A stretch of 64,000 nucleotides of DNA from assembly GCA_016200265.1 (NCBI GenBank), contig JACQFE010000038.1, positions 13,539-77,538 of the forward strand, written 5' to 3'. Position 1 is the stretch's first letter; every line of letters starts with the position of its first letter. Below the pieces are notes generated by a model. That model was not told where the DNA came from. It saw nothing but the letters and a program-made list of their open reading frames with translations, and ran no database searches. This document shows, piece after piece, positions 51,244-60,819 of the stretch. A program made the translations under genes and the position numbers. This DNA comes from Planctomycetota bacterium (GTDB lineage: Bacteria > Planctomycetota > Phycisphaerae > UBA1845).

Positions 51244-52228
51244 ATCTAAGCACAAGCGTTCCGGCAGTAAGGATTAAGAGCCCTATGGCTGTCAGGCCCC
51301 AAGTCGAAACTGCTGGAACCGCTGGGCCCGGTCCGAGCGTTATCACGCCAAGGAAGCTGTCGCCGACTTGATTGCTGTCCGTAAGAACATTTAGCAGACC
51401 CGTGCCGTCGAGATTCGATCGCCAGATTTTTTTTGGGGTTTCAATCCAATAGATTTGTTGAGCAGCAGGGTCAACCGTCAGTTCCCATCCATTGGGAGTC
51501 CCGTTGAATAACTGCATTTGTGTGCCATCCATATTCACTCGGCCGATGCGTGTCGCATCGGCGTAAAATATTTTTCCATTCACCGGATCAACGGCCAATG
51601 AGTGTGACTGAGTGTTGATTCCCGAGGCAACCACCGTCTGCACATTGTTTAAGTTTAAATCGGCGGATTGGATCTGCCGCCCAGAAGTCAACCACCAAAC
51701 CTTCCCTCCTTGATGGTCAACGTCAATTGACATTAGCTCCCCAGTAGGATTACTCACGATGTGCGGGGCCCCGCCGTCGACGTTTGAATAGCCGACCAAA
51801 CCTGGATCCTGCTCATTGTCAGTCGGAGAGAGACCGAAGTAAAGCCGTTGGGCTACCTGGTCGATCGCGAGGCAAAAGAAGCCCCTGTAAAACTGCGGAG
51901 CCGTCATGATTGTTTGGACGGATGTTCCATCGAGATTCGAGCGGAAAAGATGCCCGCCGTCGTTGTCAGACCAATAGAGTTTGCCCGCCGATTGCAAAAC
52001 TTTGAAAGTATTCAGAGCTGCAGCACTGAGTGAGAAGACGTTTTGTTTCGTTCCAACGACGTCAGTCGGGTCGGCCCGTCGAACTTCGTTGCCCGTGCCA
52101 GCCCAATAAATGAATTGCTGCCCCTGGGCTACTGAAGACAGCATGCCAAGCAAGACCAACATGGCAAAACCCTGGGCCGTTTGCGTGTTAGACGTATTGC
52201 GAGCCAAGTACGCTTTTTGCGAGTTCAT
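51203..52228 (-). CDS. Secreted YWTD/LDL-receptor-class-B-like beta-propeller protein with IPTL-CTERM-like sorting tail
   Basis: Repeats of the type (I/L)YW(A/S/I)...(N/R)(L/M)DG(T/S).. occur six times (FIYWAG, LYWSDN..SNLDGTS, KVWWLT, KIFYAD..VNMDGTQ, QIYWIE..SNLDGTG). The C-terminus VPAVSTWGLTAIGLLILTAGTLVLRFK resembles the IPTLSEWG...hydrophobic...basic sorting signal. Its 3-prime end overlaps the convergent gene by 41 nt. Confidence 0.62.
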   Translation of the reverse strand: MNSQKAYLARNTSNTQTAQGFAMLVLLGMLSSVAQGQQFIYWAGTGNEVRRADPTDVVGTKQNVFSLSAAALNTFKVLQSAGKLYWSDNDGGHLFRSNLDGTSVQTIMTAPQFYRGFFCLAIDQVAQRLYFGLSPTDNEQDPGLVGYSNVDGGAPHIVSNPTGELMSIDVDHQGGKVWWLTSGRQIQSADLNLNNVQTVVASGINTQSHSLAVDPVNGKIFYADATRIGRVNMDGTQMQLFNGTPNGWELTVDPAAQQIYWIETPKKIWRSNLDGTGLLNVLTDSNQVGDSFLGVITLGPGPAVPAVSTWGLTAIGLLILTAGTLVLRFKFVSSKAVRQAA

Positions 52229-52401
52229 CGAAGTGCCTCCAACGTACAGCGATTCACACCGCAGGGGGCGACGCGCTCATCCAAACGGCGTGAACGATGT
52301 GATTGTCCAAGTGGTGGGCAATGTTACCATCAATCCGAGCGAAGCACAACGGTTTCTTATGAAATGTGGAGTGCTGAAGCAGTTCACCGATAGGAGTCAG
52401 A

Positions 52402-53559
52402 ATGGACTTGGACCGCCGCGAGTTTCGCGAAAACATAATGAAAACCAGGATTTTGCCTCTCGGTGTAGAGATTGTTCTAGGCGTTTCCGGCGGGCCGGAT
52501 TCCGTGGCGCTGTTGCACTTATTCGCCGAGTTGCGGCACGACACAGAATTGGCGCCGCGGCCAATCGTCGCGCATCTGAATCATCAGCTGCGCGGCGCGG
52601 AATCGGATGAGGATGCGGAATTCGTGCGGTCGCTTTGCGCGTCACTGGAAGTTCCGTGCCACATCGAGGCGCGAGAAGTAGGAAGCAAGAACCCCAAGAA
52701 AAGGAGTGGGAAAGGCACAACGACCCCCCTTGATCCCCCCTTGGTAAGGGGGGAGGCGGGATCGCCCGCCGAACCGTATGAGCCGCACAGCACAGCGATG
52801 CCACCGAAAGACAATCCGCCGTGCGAAAATCGCGCAAAGGCGGGCATTGAAGAAGCCGCTCGTCGGACGAGATATGACTTTTTTTATCGCGTTTGTTTGT
52901 TGACCGGATCGAAATATGTGGCCGTCGCTCACCATGCTGACGATCAAGTCGAGACCGTGCTGCACCGAATCATTCGCGGGACAGGAATTCGCGGGTTGGC
53001 GGGAATGCCCGTGAAAAGACCATTGCGACATGGCAGCGACATCACGCTGATTCGGCCACTACTTCCTTTCAGCCGTGAGTACATTCTTTCGTATCTGAGA
53101 CGCAATTCGTTTCCATTTCGCCAGGACTCGTCCAATGATCTACACGGCCCGACGCGGAATCGCATCCGTCACAAACTGATCCCATTGCTTGCGGGAGAGT
53201 TCAACGTGCGAGCATCCGATGCGGTACTTCGTCTTTCGGCACAGGCACGACTCGTCTACGATCATTTGTCCGATGCGGCCGCTCGCGGATTCGAGCCATT
53301 GCTCGTTTCGCGCGACCCAGGTGTGATTGTGCTCGACGCCGAAGGGCTTCGACACAAGAGTCCTATCCTTCAAGCGGAGATCATTCGCATCGCCTGCGTG
53401 GAGTTGGGGCTGGGCGAGCGCGACCTGTCCTTTGAACACATGAATTCGGTCGCGGCGCTGCTGGACGAGACGAGTGAAGAGTGGCGGATCAACTTGCCCG
53501 GTAATACATTTGTTGAACGTCGTGGAAATCAATTGATTTTTTCTCTGTCTCCACATTGA
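52402..53559 (+). CDS. tilS: tRNA(Ile)-lysidine synthetase TilS, with an insertion of about 45-50 aa carrying a palindromic repeat element
   Basis: The PP-loop VLGVSGGPDSVALLHL is present, with downstream AHHADDQVETVLHRIIRGTG. The insertion spans roughly GSKNPKKRSGKGTTTPLDPPLVRGEAGSPAEPYEPHSTAMPPKDNPPCENRAKA. Confidence 0.85.
   Translation: MDLDRREFRENIMKTRILPLGVEIVLGVSGGPDSVALLHLFAELRHDTELAPRPIVAHLNHQLRGAESDEDAEFVRSLCASLEVPCHIEAREVGSKNPKKRSGKGTTTPLDPPLVRGEAGSPAEPYEPHSTAMPPKDNPPCENRAKAGIEEAARRTRYDFFYRVCLLTGSKYVAVAHHADDQVETVLHRIIRGTGIRGLAGMPVKRPLRHGSDITLIRPLLPFSREYILSYLRRNSFPFRQDSSNDLHGPTRNRIRHKLIPLLAGEFNVRASDAVLRLSAQARLVYDHLSDAAARGFEPLLVSRDPGVIVLDAEGLRHKSPILQAEIIRIACVELGLGERDLSFEHMNSVAALLDETSEEWRINLPGNTFVERRGNQLIFSLSPH
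52723..52757. repeat. GC palindromic element copy inside tilS (ACCCCCCTTGATCCCCCCTTGGTAAGGGGGGAGGC)
   Basis: The hairpin CCCCCCTT-ggt-AAGGGGGG lies at 52735-52753. It shares its stem and flanks (ACCCCC[C]TT... ...GGGGGGAGGC) with the element at 11111-11167. Confidence 0.75.
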
Positions 53560-53600
53560 ATCGCAATTCATCTATATTGGCACTACAATTCCATTAACTC

Positions 53601-54857
53601 ATGGTGGACGAGAAGTTTCATGTCTCGCGAAAGGTCTTGGCTGGATTGTTCGTGCTCGCGCTCGCGCTGCGTGCCATCTGGGGCGCGTATTCATTTGTGC
53701 GATCGAGCAACGTGGACGCGCTCGATTTTCCTGACGAGCAGCAGTATTGGATGATTGCTTCGTCGCTTCGAGCCGGGAATGGATTGACCGATGAACTCGG
53801 ATTTCATGCCGGACGAATGCCGCTGTATCCTGCGATTCTCGCGCCCTTTACTACCTTGTCGCACGGAGTCGCATGGGCCAAGGTGCTGCAATGGTTTATG
53901 GGATCGCTTGCGGCGCCGTTGGCGGCCATCGTCGGCGCGAGAGTTTTTCAACGAAGAGTCGGGTTGTTGGCAGGAGCTTTCGTTGCGATTGATCCCTATC
54001 TGATCGTCACGGCTTCGCTTCTTTTGACGGAGACAATGTTTACGGTTGCATTGTTGGGGTTCTTGGTCCTTGTAGCTCGATGGAGTGGACCAGGGAGAGA
54101 TCCTCTTTCGGATCAATCGAATCACGCACGATTCAACTGGCTATGCGTGGGCCTCCTCGGTGCGGCGTGCATCTATTCCAAAGAATCCAGCATTGCGCTC
54201 GTCGCATTGGCGATTCCAATCGCTGCATTTGTGCCCGAATTCAAGATCACACGAGTAGGGGGCGCGATCGAAGCATTTCTCGTGATCACCGCTGCGCTCG
54301 CGCCGTGGGCCATTCGCAATCGCCAGGTTCTGGGTGAAACTCGTTGGCTCACGCTTCGCGGCGGAATCTCGCTTTATGATGGCGTTCGACCCGGTGCGAC
54401 CGGCGCCAGCGACCTTGGGGACGTCAAGCGGATGCCAGCCGTTCGCGGGCTTTCCGAATTGGAGTGGGACACCTACTTCCGCCGGCAGGCCTGGCAGTGC
54501 ATTCGCGACGACCCCGGTCGAATTCTCCGGCTTGCAATTGTCAAGCTTGCTCGCACATGGAATCCGTCTCCGAATATTGATACGCACAATTTGAGCACAT
54601 TCAGCCTTGCTGCCGGAATTTGGACCATTGGACTTTTCGTTGCGGCCATCGCGGGTCTTGCGCTCAATTGGAGTTTCTTGTCAAAATTCGCCATTGCAAT
54701 TCTGGTGCTGCCCATCATCTATTTCTCAGCCGTCCATTGTCTCTTCGTCGGCAGCGTGCGTTATCGAATTCCTCTCCATCCGCTGCTCGCCATCCTCGCG
54801 GCATCGGGCATATTGGCTATAATTCATGGGCGAAATCCGCAGGGCGCGAGAGATTGA
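53601..54857 (+). CDS. GT-C fold glycosyltransferase (family 39/83, ArnT/PMT-like) membrane protein
   Basis: About 10 TM helices. The first periplasmic loop has FPDEQQYWMIASSLRAGNGL (a DE-containing motif typical of ArnT/PMT-like enzymes). Confidence 0.68.
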   Translation: MVDEKFHVSRKVLAGLFVLALALRAIWGAYSFVRSSNVDALDFPDEQQYWMIASSLRAGNGLTDELGFHAGRMPLYPAILAPFTTLSHGVAWAKVLQWFMGSLAAPLAAIVGARVFQRRVGLLAGAFVAIDPYLIVTASLLLTETMFTVALLGFLVLVARWSGPGRDPLSDQSNHARFNWLCVGLLGAACIYSKESSIALVALAIPIAAFVPEFKITRVGGAIEAFLVITAALAPWAIRNRQVLGETRWLTLRGGISLYDGVRPGATGASDLGDVKRMPAVRGLSELEWDTYFRRQAWQCIRDDPGRILRLAIVKLARTWNPSPNIDTHNLSTFSLAAGIWTIGLFVAAIAGLALNWSFLSKFAIAILVLPIIYFSAVHCLFVGSVRYRIPLHPLLAILAASGILAIIHGRNPQGARD

Positions 54858-57800
54858 TTGCCCATCCCGGTTGATCGTCCTCACGCCGAGAGATGGAGCA
54901 TTGCGCGGAACGCGCGATTCGGGAGCCAAATTGGGGTGAGTGCTAATCCAACGATCTCCACCGCCGTCCGACGCCGTTCTCGCCGCGGATTGATCGCATT
55001 GCTGATCGTGGGAGCGATCATGGGCGGAGCCTGGATTGCACTCCGACGGCTTGTGAATCCGGAGACGATCCGCATCGCGGCCGAATCAATCCTGCAAGAT
55101 CAGATCAATGGCCGCGCGTCGATCGGCAGCGCGGAATTGTCCTGGAGCGGCGGTATCCGATTTCGCAATGTGCAGATTTTTGGTGATCAACTTGTCGCTC
55201 ATTTGAAAGAACCGAATTCGCGCAGAGCCGATTCGGCTCGTGCAACATCGTCGCTGAATTTGACGCATGAGCATACTGCCCCATCCGCCCGGGAATTACC
55301 CATCATTGAAATCCCGGAAATTCAGCTTGATCAGAGCTTTTGGTCGCTTGTTTTCCGGCGCATTGATGTCCGTTCCGTTACAAGTGTTCAGCCGACAGTC
55401 CGATTGTCATTTGATTTGTCTGATGGCAAACCGACCATCGCAAAGCTATTCAAGGCTCGGCTGAACGGAATGCCGCAAGGACCTTTGCCCCCCATTGAAC
55501 TACGCGACGCCCGACTGATCTTCTTTCGGCGCGGTCCGGACGGCAGCGAATCCAGCAGCGAAGAAATCCAACTCACGTTACGGGGACGAGCTTCGGGAAC
55601 CGATCCCGCTCTTTATGACGTTGTGTGGCAGAATACGCGCGACGAAGGCGGATACCTGCAACTCGACGTGCGCAGCGGTTTGGCCAGAAACGTGCGGGGC
55701 GGACTGCCTTCAATTTCCGTTGAGACGTTGCTCGATGCTTTTTCAGGCAGCGTTTCGGAGTCCGCGGGACAATTGCGAGACTTCAAGCCTTCCGGCTGGG
55801 TTGTTGCGACTGATTTTGATTTTCTGGGAAGCGCCACCGACACTGCATCGTTCATTGAGCTTTCACTTACTGGCGGTGCGATCGCCATCCCTATTTCGGA
55901 GAATGAAAAGACGGTGAGTTCAGATGATCGTTATCTTCACTTTCATGGCATCCATGGTCAAGCCCGATTCACGCAAGACGGCGCGACGGCTGAGCTCAGC
56001 GCCATTTTCCGGGGTGCGGAATGTCGAATTTCGGCATCGGCCACAGCCCCCAATTTGCCGCCAATTTTCCCATCGTCCCAGGACTTCGCTTCGCTCACGT
56101 CGGCTGCATTGCGTGACCGTTTCGGACTGCATGTCACTGCGGATATCACCGGTCTGCGTGTGCCGCGAACTGATGCGGATGCGCCGGATTCAGAACGACG
56201 ATTTGTTCAGTGCTTCACCGAAGTGGAGGACTTCTATCGGCATTACGATCCCCGGGGCACGGTCGATGCGCACTTGGAAATCGAAAAGCCTCCGGGCATG
56301 CAGGATCCAGCAATCATCAAATTGCTCCGCGTGACCGCTCTCAATGGATCTGCGTCCTTTTTTCAGCACCCCTATCTTTGCACGGGTCTGACGGGCGTGG
56401 TGGAATACGGTGTCGGTGGAATCGCGATCCGCGATTTGTGCGGCAAACATGAAGACGCCACGGTTTGTGTGAATGGTTCGCTCGAGCGGCCTTCAGCTTG
56501 TGCCCCGGCCAAGATTGATGTCACCGCCACGGACCTGGCCATCGACGACAATCTTTACGCGGCCGTCGGACCCAAATATGACGGAATTCGTGATCAATTT
56601 TCTCCGCATGGCAAGCTTGATGCGAGAATCCATCTGGAGCGAAACGAATGCGTCGAAGGAGAAACTCGGGCGGCATTCCGATCCGCAGTGGAGATCGACT
56701 TTAAGGATATTGAAGCAAGATACGACAGACTGCCTCTCTCCGTAGACGCAATTCAAGGAAACGTCAAAGTCGGAGGAGATCGATTTTCGATTTCGAAGCT
56801 CTCCGGCCATGCGTCGGGTGGAACAATTTCAGTCAAAGGCGGTGGTCGAATTCGCTCCAAGGGCGAGTCGGAGTTGACCCTCGACTTGACAGGTCGCGAC
56901 CTGCGAGTCGATGAAGGCCTCATTTCTGCGCTTCCCAAGGATTGTGCGCGGCAAGTGGCCCAGCTTCATCCGTCAGGCCGATTTGATTTTCATGCCGAAT
57001 CCGCGACCGACGCGGCCACGAAAGCGCTCAAGCATCACACCATCATCCAGTTGAATGATGTTGCGCTGCAGGATGTGCGCTACCCACTTTCGCTAAGCAA
57101 CGTGCGTGGTGAAATTGATGTGAAACCAGATGAGCTGGTGATTCGTGGTGTCACAGGACGGCACGAAAATGCGACCGTAAGTGTTGGCGGAACCATCGGA
57201 ACCGCGGAAATTCCGCGGATCAACCTCGCCATTGAAGCTCGTGATTTGTTGATCGACGATTCCGTACGAAGCGCCGTTTCGCCGAGGATTCGTGAAATCC
57301 TGACCGATTGGAGAGTCGACACTCCGATCGACGCGAATCTCTTTGTTCGAAACGACGAGTCAGACCCGAAGGGGGTGGTCGTTCACGGCGATGCCCGATT
57401 GGATGGTGACATCATCCGGCCCGCACATCTTGCCGAACCGTTCCGCGACGTTCATGCAACAGTTGAATTCGATGGCGTCGGGACACGCGCCGAACATATT
57501 GAGGCGAAGTATGCAGGAGTGCCCATCACGGCATCCTTCGATGTGTCTCGAGACGACGACGCCGAGCGCGGAACCATCTGCGTCAGCGTCAAAGACCTGC
57601 CGCTCGACGCCCACACTCGAGATCTGCTCCCCGCAAGATTGCAAGGCACATGGGATTCCATCAAACCCGCCGGCAAGGCCAATCTCAATATCGAGACACT
57701 TCGATACGTCCGCCCGAATTCACACGGCCCGTCCATCGATCCGTCAAGCCCTGGCGTCGGGGCCGAAACATGGGAAGTATCCGGCCGATTGGAGTTGCGC

Positions 57801-58691
57801 GACGCGTCATTTTCTGAATTGGCCCGCATGAGCAAAGTGAATGGCGTGATTTCAGCCGAAGGATTCCTGCAGGATCGGGCGGGCGGCACAAGCCTGAACG
57901 GAATGATGAATCTCGCCCATGCCGAATTCTATGATCGCTTGGTCGAGGACTTTTCGGGCAATTGGGCGTTTGCCAGGACGAAGGGTGGCAGCGGCCACTT
58001 CGTTCTCGATCGCTTTACAGCCGCGATGTACGGCGGTGAATTGGCCGGAAAAACAGACGTTCGATTTGACGTTGATCGTGCCAATTACGATTTGTCGGCC
58101 ACCTTGAACAAAGTCTCCGCGGGACCGCTCATCAATGCGGGCCGGGTCGCCCATTCGCCTGCGGATACGCCCGTGGAGGTGCGCGGGCAAACCAGCGCCA
58201 GCTTGTATCTCTCCGGAATCGCGGGGGCGCCGGATACGCGTCGCGGCGGGGGACGCGTCGAAATCCAGGACGGCTATATTTGCAAACTTCCCTTGTTGTT
58301 AGCGCTCTTTAACGTCGTGAACATGGCAATTCCGAGCGATGATACGATTGATCAGGCCGAATCCGATTTCTTTATCATGGGCAAGACGTTGACGATCCGC
58401 AGCCTTTTCCTGCAGGGCGGTGGAGCGACGTTTGAAGGCTCGGGAACAATTTCCATTCCCGATGAGGCGGTCGATCTTTCGCTGGTTAATGCCCGGTCGC
58501 AAAAAGGATTTCGCGTGCCGCTCATTTCCAACCTCATCCAGGGCGCATCGCGGGAGCTGATGGAAATCAACGTTACCGGGCCGCTTTCGCACCCCGTGGC
58601 TAGAGCGCGTCCATTGCCCAATCTAAGCGATGAAATGCACCGGATCTTTCAGGCTCGTCGTGCGCGACCGATCGCGCCTTCATCGAATTAG
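54858..58691 (+). CDS. Very large envelope protein, AsmA/YhdP/TamB-like (N-terminal TM anchor, long beta-rich body)
   Basis: The TM anchor is LIALLIVGAIMGGAWIALRRL and the protein is 1277 aa. The C-terminal part (…GRVEIQDGYICKLPLLLALFNVVNM...FFIMGKTLTIRSLFLQGGGATFEGSGTI...) resembles AsmA-like C-terminal regions. The family call is from memory and the TTG start is uncertain. Confidence 0.55.
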   Translation: MPIPVDRPHAERWSIARNARFGSQIGVSANPTISTAVRRRSRRGLIALLIVGAIMGGAWIALRRLVNPETIRIAAESILQDQINGRASIGSAELSWSGGIRFRNVQIFGDQLVAHLKEPNSRRADSARATSSLNLTHEHTAPSARELPIIEIPEIQLDQSFWSLVFRRIDVRSVTSVQPTVRLSFDLSDGKPTIAKLFKARLNGMPQGPLPPIELRDARLIFFRRGPDGSESSSEEIQLTLRGRASGTDPALYDVVWQNTRDEGGYLQLDVRSGLARNVRGGLPSISVETLLDAFSGSVSESAGQLRDFKPSGWVVATDFDFLGSATDTASFIELSLTGGAIAIPISENEKTVSSDDRYLHFHGIHGQARFTQDGATAELSAIFRGAECRISASATAPNLPPIFPSSQDFASLTSAALRDRFGLHVTADITGLRVPRTDADAPDSERRFVQCFTEVEDFYRHYDPRGTVDAHLEIEKPPGMQDPAIIKLLRVTALNGSASFFQHPYLCTGLTGVVEYGVGGIAIRDLCGKHEDATVCVNGSLERPSACAPAKIDVTATDLAIDDNLYAAVGPKYDGIRDQFSPHGKLDARIHLERNECVEGETRAAFRSAVEIDFKDIEARYDRLPLSVDAIQGNVKVGGDRFSISKLSGHASGGTISVKGGGRIRSKGESELTLDLTGRDLRVDEGLISALPKDCARQVAQLHPSGRFDFHAESATDAATKALKHHTIIQLNDVALQDVRYPLSLSNVRGEIDVKPDELVIRGVTGRHENATVSVGGTIGTAEIPRINLAIEARDLLIDDSVRSAVSPRIREILTDWRVDTPIDANLFVRNDESDPKGVVVHGDARLDGDIIRPAHLAEPFRDVHATVEFDGVGTRAEHIEAKYAGVPITASFDVSRDDDAERGTICVSVKDLPLDAHTRDLLPARLQGTWDSIKPAGKANLNIETLRYVRPNSHGPSIDPSSPGVGAETWEVSGRLELRDASFSELARMSKVNGVISAEGFLQDRAGGTSLNGMMNLAHAEFYDRLVEDFSGNWAFARTKGGSGHFVLDRFTAAMYGGELAGKTDVRFDVDRANYDLSATLNKVSAGPLINAGRVAHSPADTPVEVRGQTSASLYLSGIAGAPDTRRGGGRVEIQDGYICKLPLLLALFNVVNMAIPSDDTIDQAESDFFIMGKTLTIRSLFLQGGGATFEGSGTISIPDEAVDLSLVNARSQKGFRVPLISNLIQGASRELMEINVTGPLSHPVARARPLPNLSDEMHRIFQARRARPIAPSSN

Positions 58692-58751
58692 TTATGATTC
58701 CAAGATCCTGCGAGCCGCAAACTTCAGACGCACGGTATTGGAGGAATTCGA

Positions 58752-59273
58752 ATGACCAAGTGGCCCTGGATCGAACGAACATTTACCTTCGATTTTCCAG
58801 CTTCGAAATGGCCTGATTTGCTCGAACGCGTTCGCGGCACGCCGGCGCGAATCGAGGAGCGTGTTCGCACTTTACCGGAAGTGATGTTGACTCCTAGACA
58901 TAATGATCAGGGCTGGTCAATCAAGGAAAACATCGGTCATTTGCTCGACCTTGGCTACCTGCCCAAGCGCCGCATTGAGCAGATTCTCGCGGGCGAGAGC
59001 GCACTGATTGCCGCGGACATGAGCAATCAGGCCACGCACAAGGCAAATCACAATGCGACGCCTATCTCGAAACTGCTCAACGATTTTCGCTCTGACCGCG
59101 CGGAGCTCGTGGCGATGTTTGAGCGACTCAATGAAAGTGACTGGGAAAAATCCGCCATCCACCCGCGATTGAAATCTCCAATGCGGATCGTGGACATCGC
59201 CTACTTTGACGCCGAACACGATGACTACCATCTTGGGCGAATCGGCCAACTCATTCGCATGTTTTCGCGATAA
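58752..59273 (+). CDS. DinB-family (DinB_2) protein
   Basis: 173 aa. ...WSIKENIGHLLDL...DAEHDDYHLGRIGQL is the His-triad helix pattern of the DinB superfamily. Confidence 0.78.
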   Translation: MTKWPWIERTFTFDFPASKWPDLLERVRGTPARIEERVRTLPEVMLTPRHNDQGWSIKENIGHLLDLGYLPKRRIEQILAGESALIAADMSNQATHKANHNATPISKLLNDFRSDRAELVAMFERLNESDWEKSAIHPRLKSPMRIVDIAYFDAEHDDYHLGRIGQLIRMFSR

Positions 59274-59300
59274 TATGCGTAATCGCGAAAGCGGCGGTCT

Positions 59301-60671
59301 CTACTTCGCCGCCAAAAGCTGAATAAACTGTGCCGACGCTTTCGCGCCGTTGTGCAAATCGCTGACGCCAAAAAACTCATTCGGGCCGTGGGCGTTGCAG
59401 TCCGGCATGCAGAAGCCCATCATGATGGAATCCGCGCCGAGTTCCTTCTTGAACATCGGCAGGATTGGCAGCGAGCCGCCTTCACGAATGAACACCGGCG
59501 GCTTGCCGTAGGCGAGTTCGAGGGCCTTCACTGCGGCCTTCATTCCCGCACTGTCCGTCGGACTGACGTAGGCGGCGCAAGAACTATGGTCCTTGATCTC
59601 CACGCGCACGCCCTTCGGCGCCGCGGCCATGACGGCTTGTTCGAAGATCTTGCTGATTTTCGTGGGGTCCTGGTCAGGCACGAGCCGCATCGAGACCTTG
59701 GCGAACACTTTCGCAGGAATTACCGTCGAAGCGCCTTCTCCTGTGAAACCACCGAACAGTCCATTGACGTCAAACGTCGGCCTCGCCCCGCGGCGCTCCA
59801 GAGTCGTGTAGCCTTCCTCGCCGGTGAGAGCCGGAACGCCCATGCCCTGACGATACGCGTCCTCGTCGAAGTTGAGCGCCTTCATTTGCTGCTTTTCTTT
59901 GTCAGTGATTGGCCGCACGTCATCATAGAATCCGGGAATCAGCACTCTGTTGGTCTTTGGATCTCGTAGCGAATTGAGGATCACAGCGAGCGCGTTGCCC
60001 GGATTCGTGAGCGTACCGCCGTACGAGCCACTGTGCAGATTTTGTTTCGGGCCATAGACAACGATTTCCTTGTAAACAAGACCTTTGGTTCCATATGTGA
60101 TGGCCGGCGTCTTCTCATCAAACTTCGGCGTGTCGGAGAGTGCCACGTAATCGCACGCGAGTCGATCCTTGTGCTTTTGAATCACCGGGGCGAGGTTGCC
60201 CGAGCCAATCTCCTCCTCTCCTTCGATCAGGAATTTCACGCGAACGGGCAGTTTCTTTGCGACCTTCATCCACGCTTCCGCCGCAAGCATATGCGTCAGC
60301 ACTTGGCCCTTGTCATCCGCGGAGCCGCGTGCATACAAGTTTCCATCACGAACCGTCGGCTCAAATGGCGGCGACTTCCAAAGCGATTCATCACCCGTCG
60401 GCTGCACGTCATAATGGCCGTACATCAGCACGGTCGGGCCGCCATCCGCCGGGCCGGTATCTGCGATGATGCACGGGTGGCCCGGCGTGTCGAGCAATTC
60501 ACTCTTGATGCCTGCCTCAGAGAAAAGCCGATTCACCCATTCTCCGGCCTTTCGCGTATCTGCTTTGCGCTCGGGCTCCGTGGAGACGCTTCGGATGCGA
60601 AGAAAGTCCTTGAGGCGATCGAGGTGCTTGTTTTTGTATTCTTCAAGATAGGCGATGACTTTTTCGATCAT
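59301..60671 (-). CDS. M20-family metallopeptidase (dipeptidase / ArgE-DapE-CPG2 family)
   Basis: ...FLRIRSVS...VLMYGHYDVQP...W.SPPFEPTVRDGNLYARGSADDKGQ...EGEEEIGS... carries the canonical M20 metal-ligand motifs. Confidence 0.87.
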   Translation of the reverse strand: MIEKVIAYLEEYKNKHLDRLKDFLRIRSVSTEPERKADTRKAGEWVNRLFSEAGIKSELLDTPGHPCIIADTGPADGGPTVLMYGHYDVQPTGDESLWKSPPFEPTVRDGNLYARGSADDKGQVLTHMLAAEAWMKVAKKLPVRVKFLIEGEEEIGSGNLAPVIQKHKDRLACDYVALSDTPKFDEKTPAITYGTKGLVYKEIVVYGPKQNLHSGSYGGTLTNPGNALAVILNSLRDPKTNRVLIPGFYDDVRPITDKEKQQMKALNFDEDAYRQGMGVPALTGEEGYTTLERRGARPTFDVNGLFGGFTGEGASTVIPAKVFAKVSMRLVPDQDPTKISKIFEQAVMAAAPKGVRVEIKDHSSCAAYVSPTDSAGMKAAVKALELAYGKPPVFIREGGSLPILPMFKKELGADSIMMGFCMPDCNAHGPNEFFGVSDLHNGAKASAQFIQLLAAK

Positions 60672-60727
60672 GGCTTCGTCTCCGCATTCAAACGTCTTTC
60701 AATCGATTTCATTCACAAAGCAACAAA

Positions 60728-60763
60728 AGAGGCGCTGCAATCATAGTTGATTCCAGCGCCTCT
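60728..60763 (-). terminator. Intrinsic terminator downstream of the PepSY-like gene
   Basis: Minus strand reads AGAGGCGCTG-16 nt-CAGCGCCTCT followed by TTTTGTTGCTTTG. Confidence 0.6.
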
Positions 60764-60819
60764 CGCCAAAATTTTGGAAATCGCCTCTTGGAAAGCGGCG
60801 GAACAATCGCCAATTCCAA

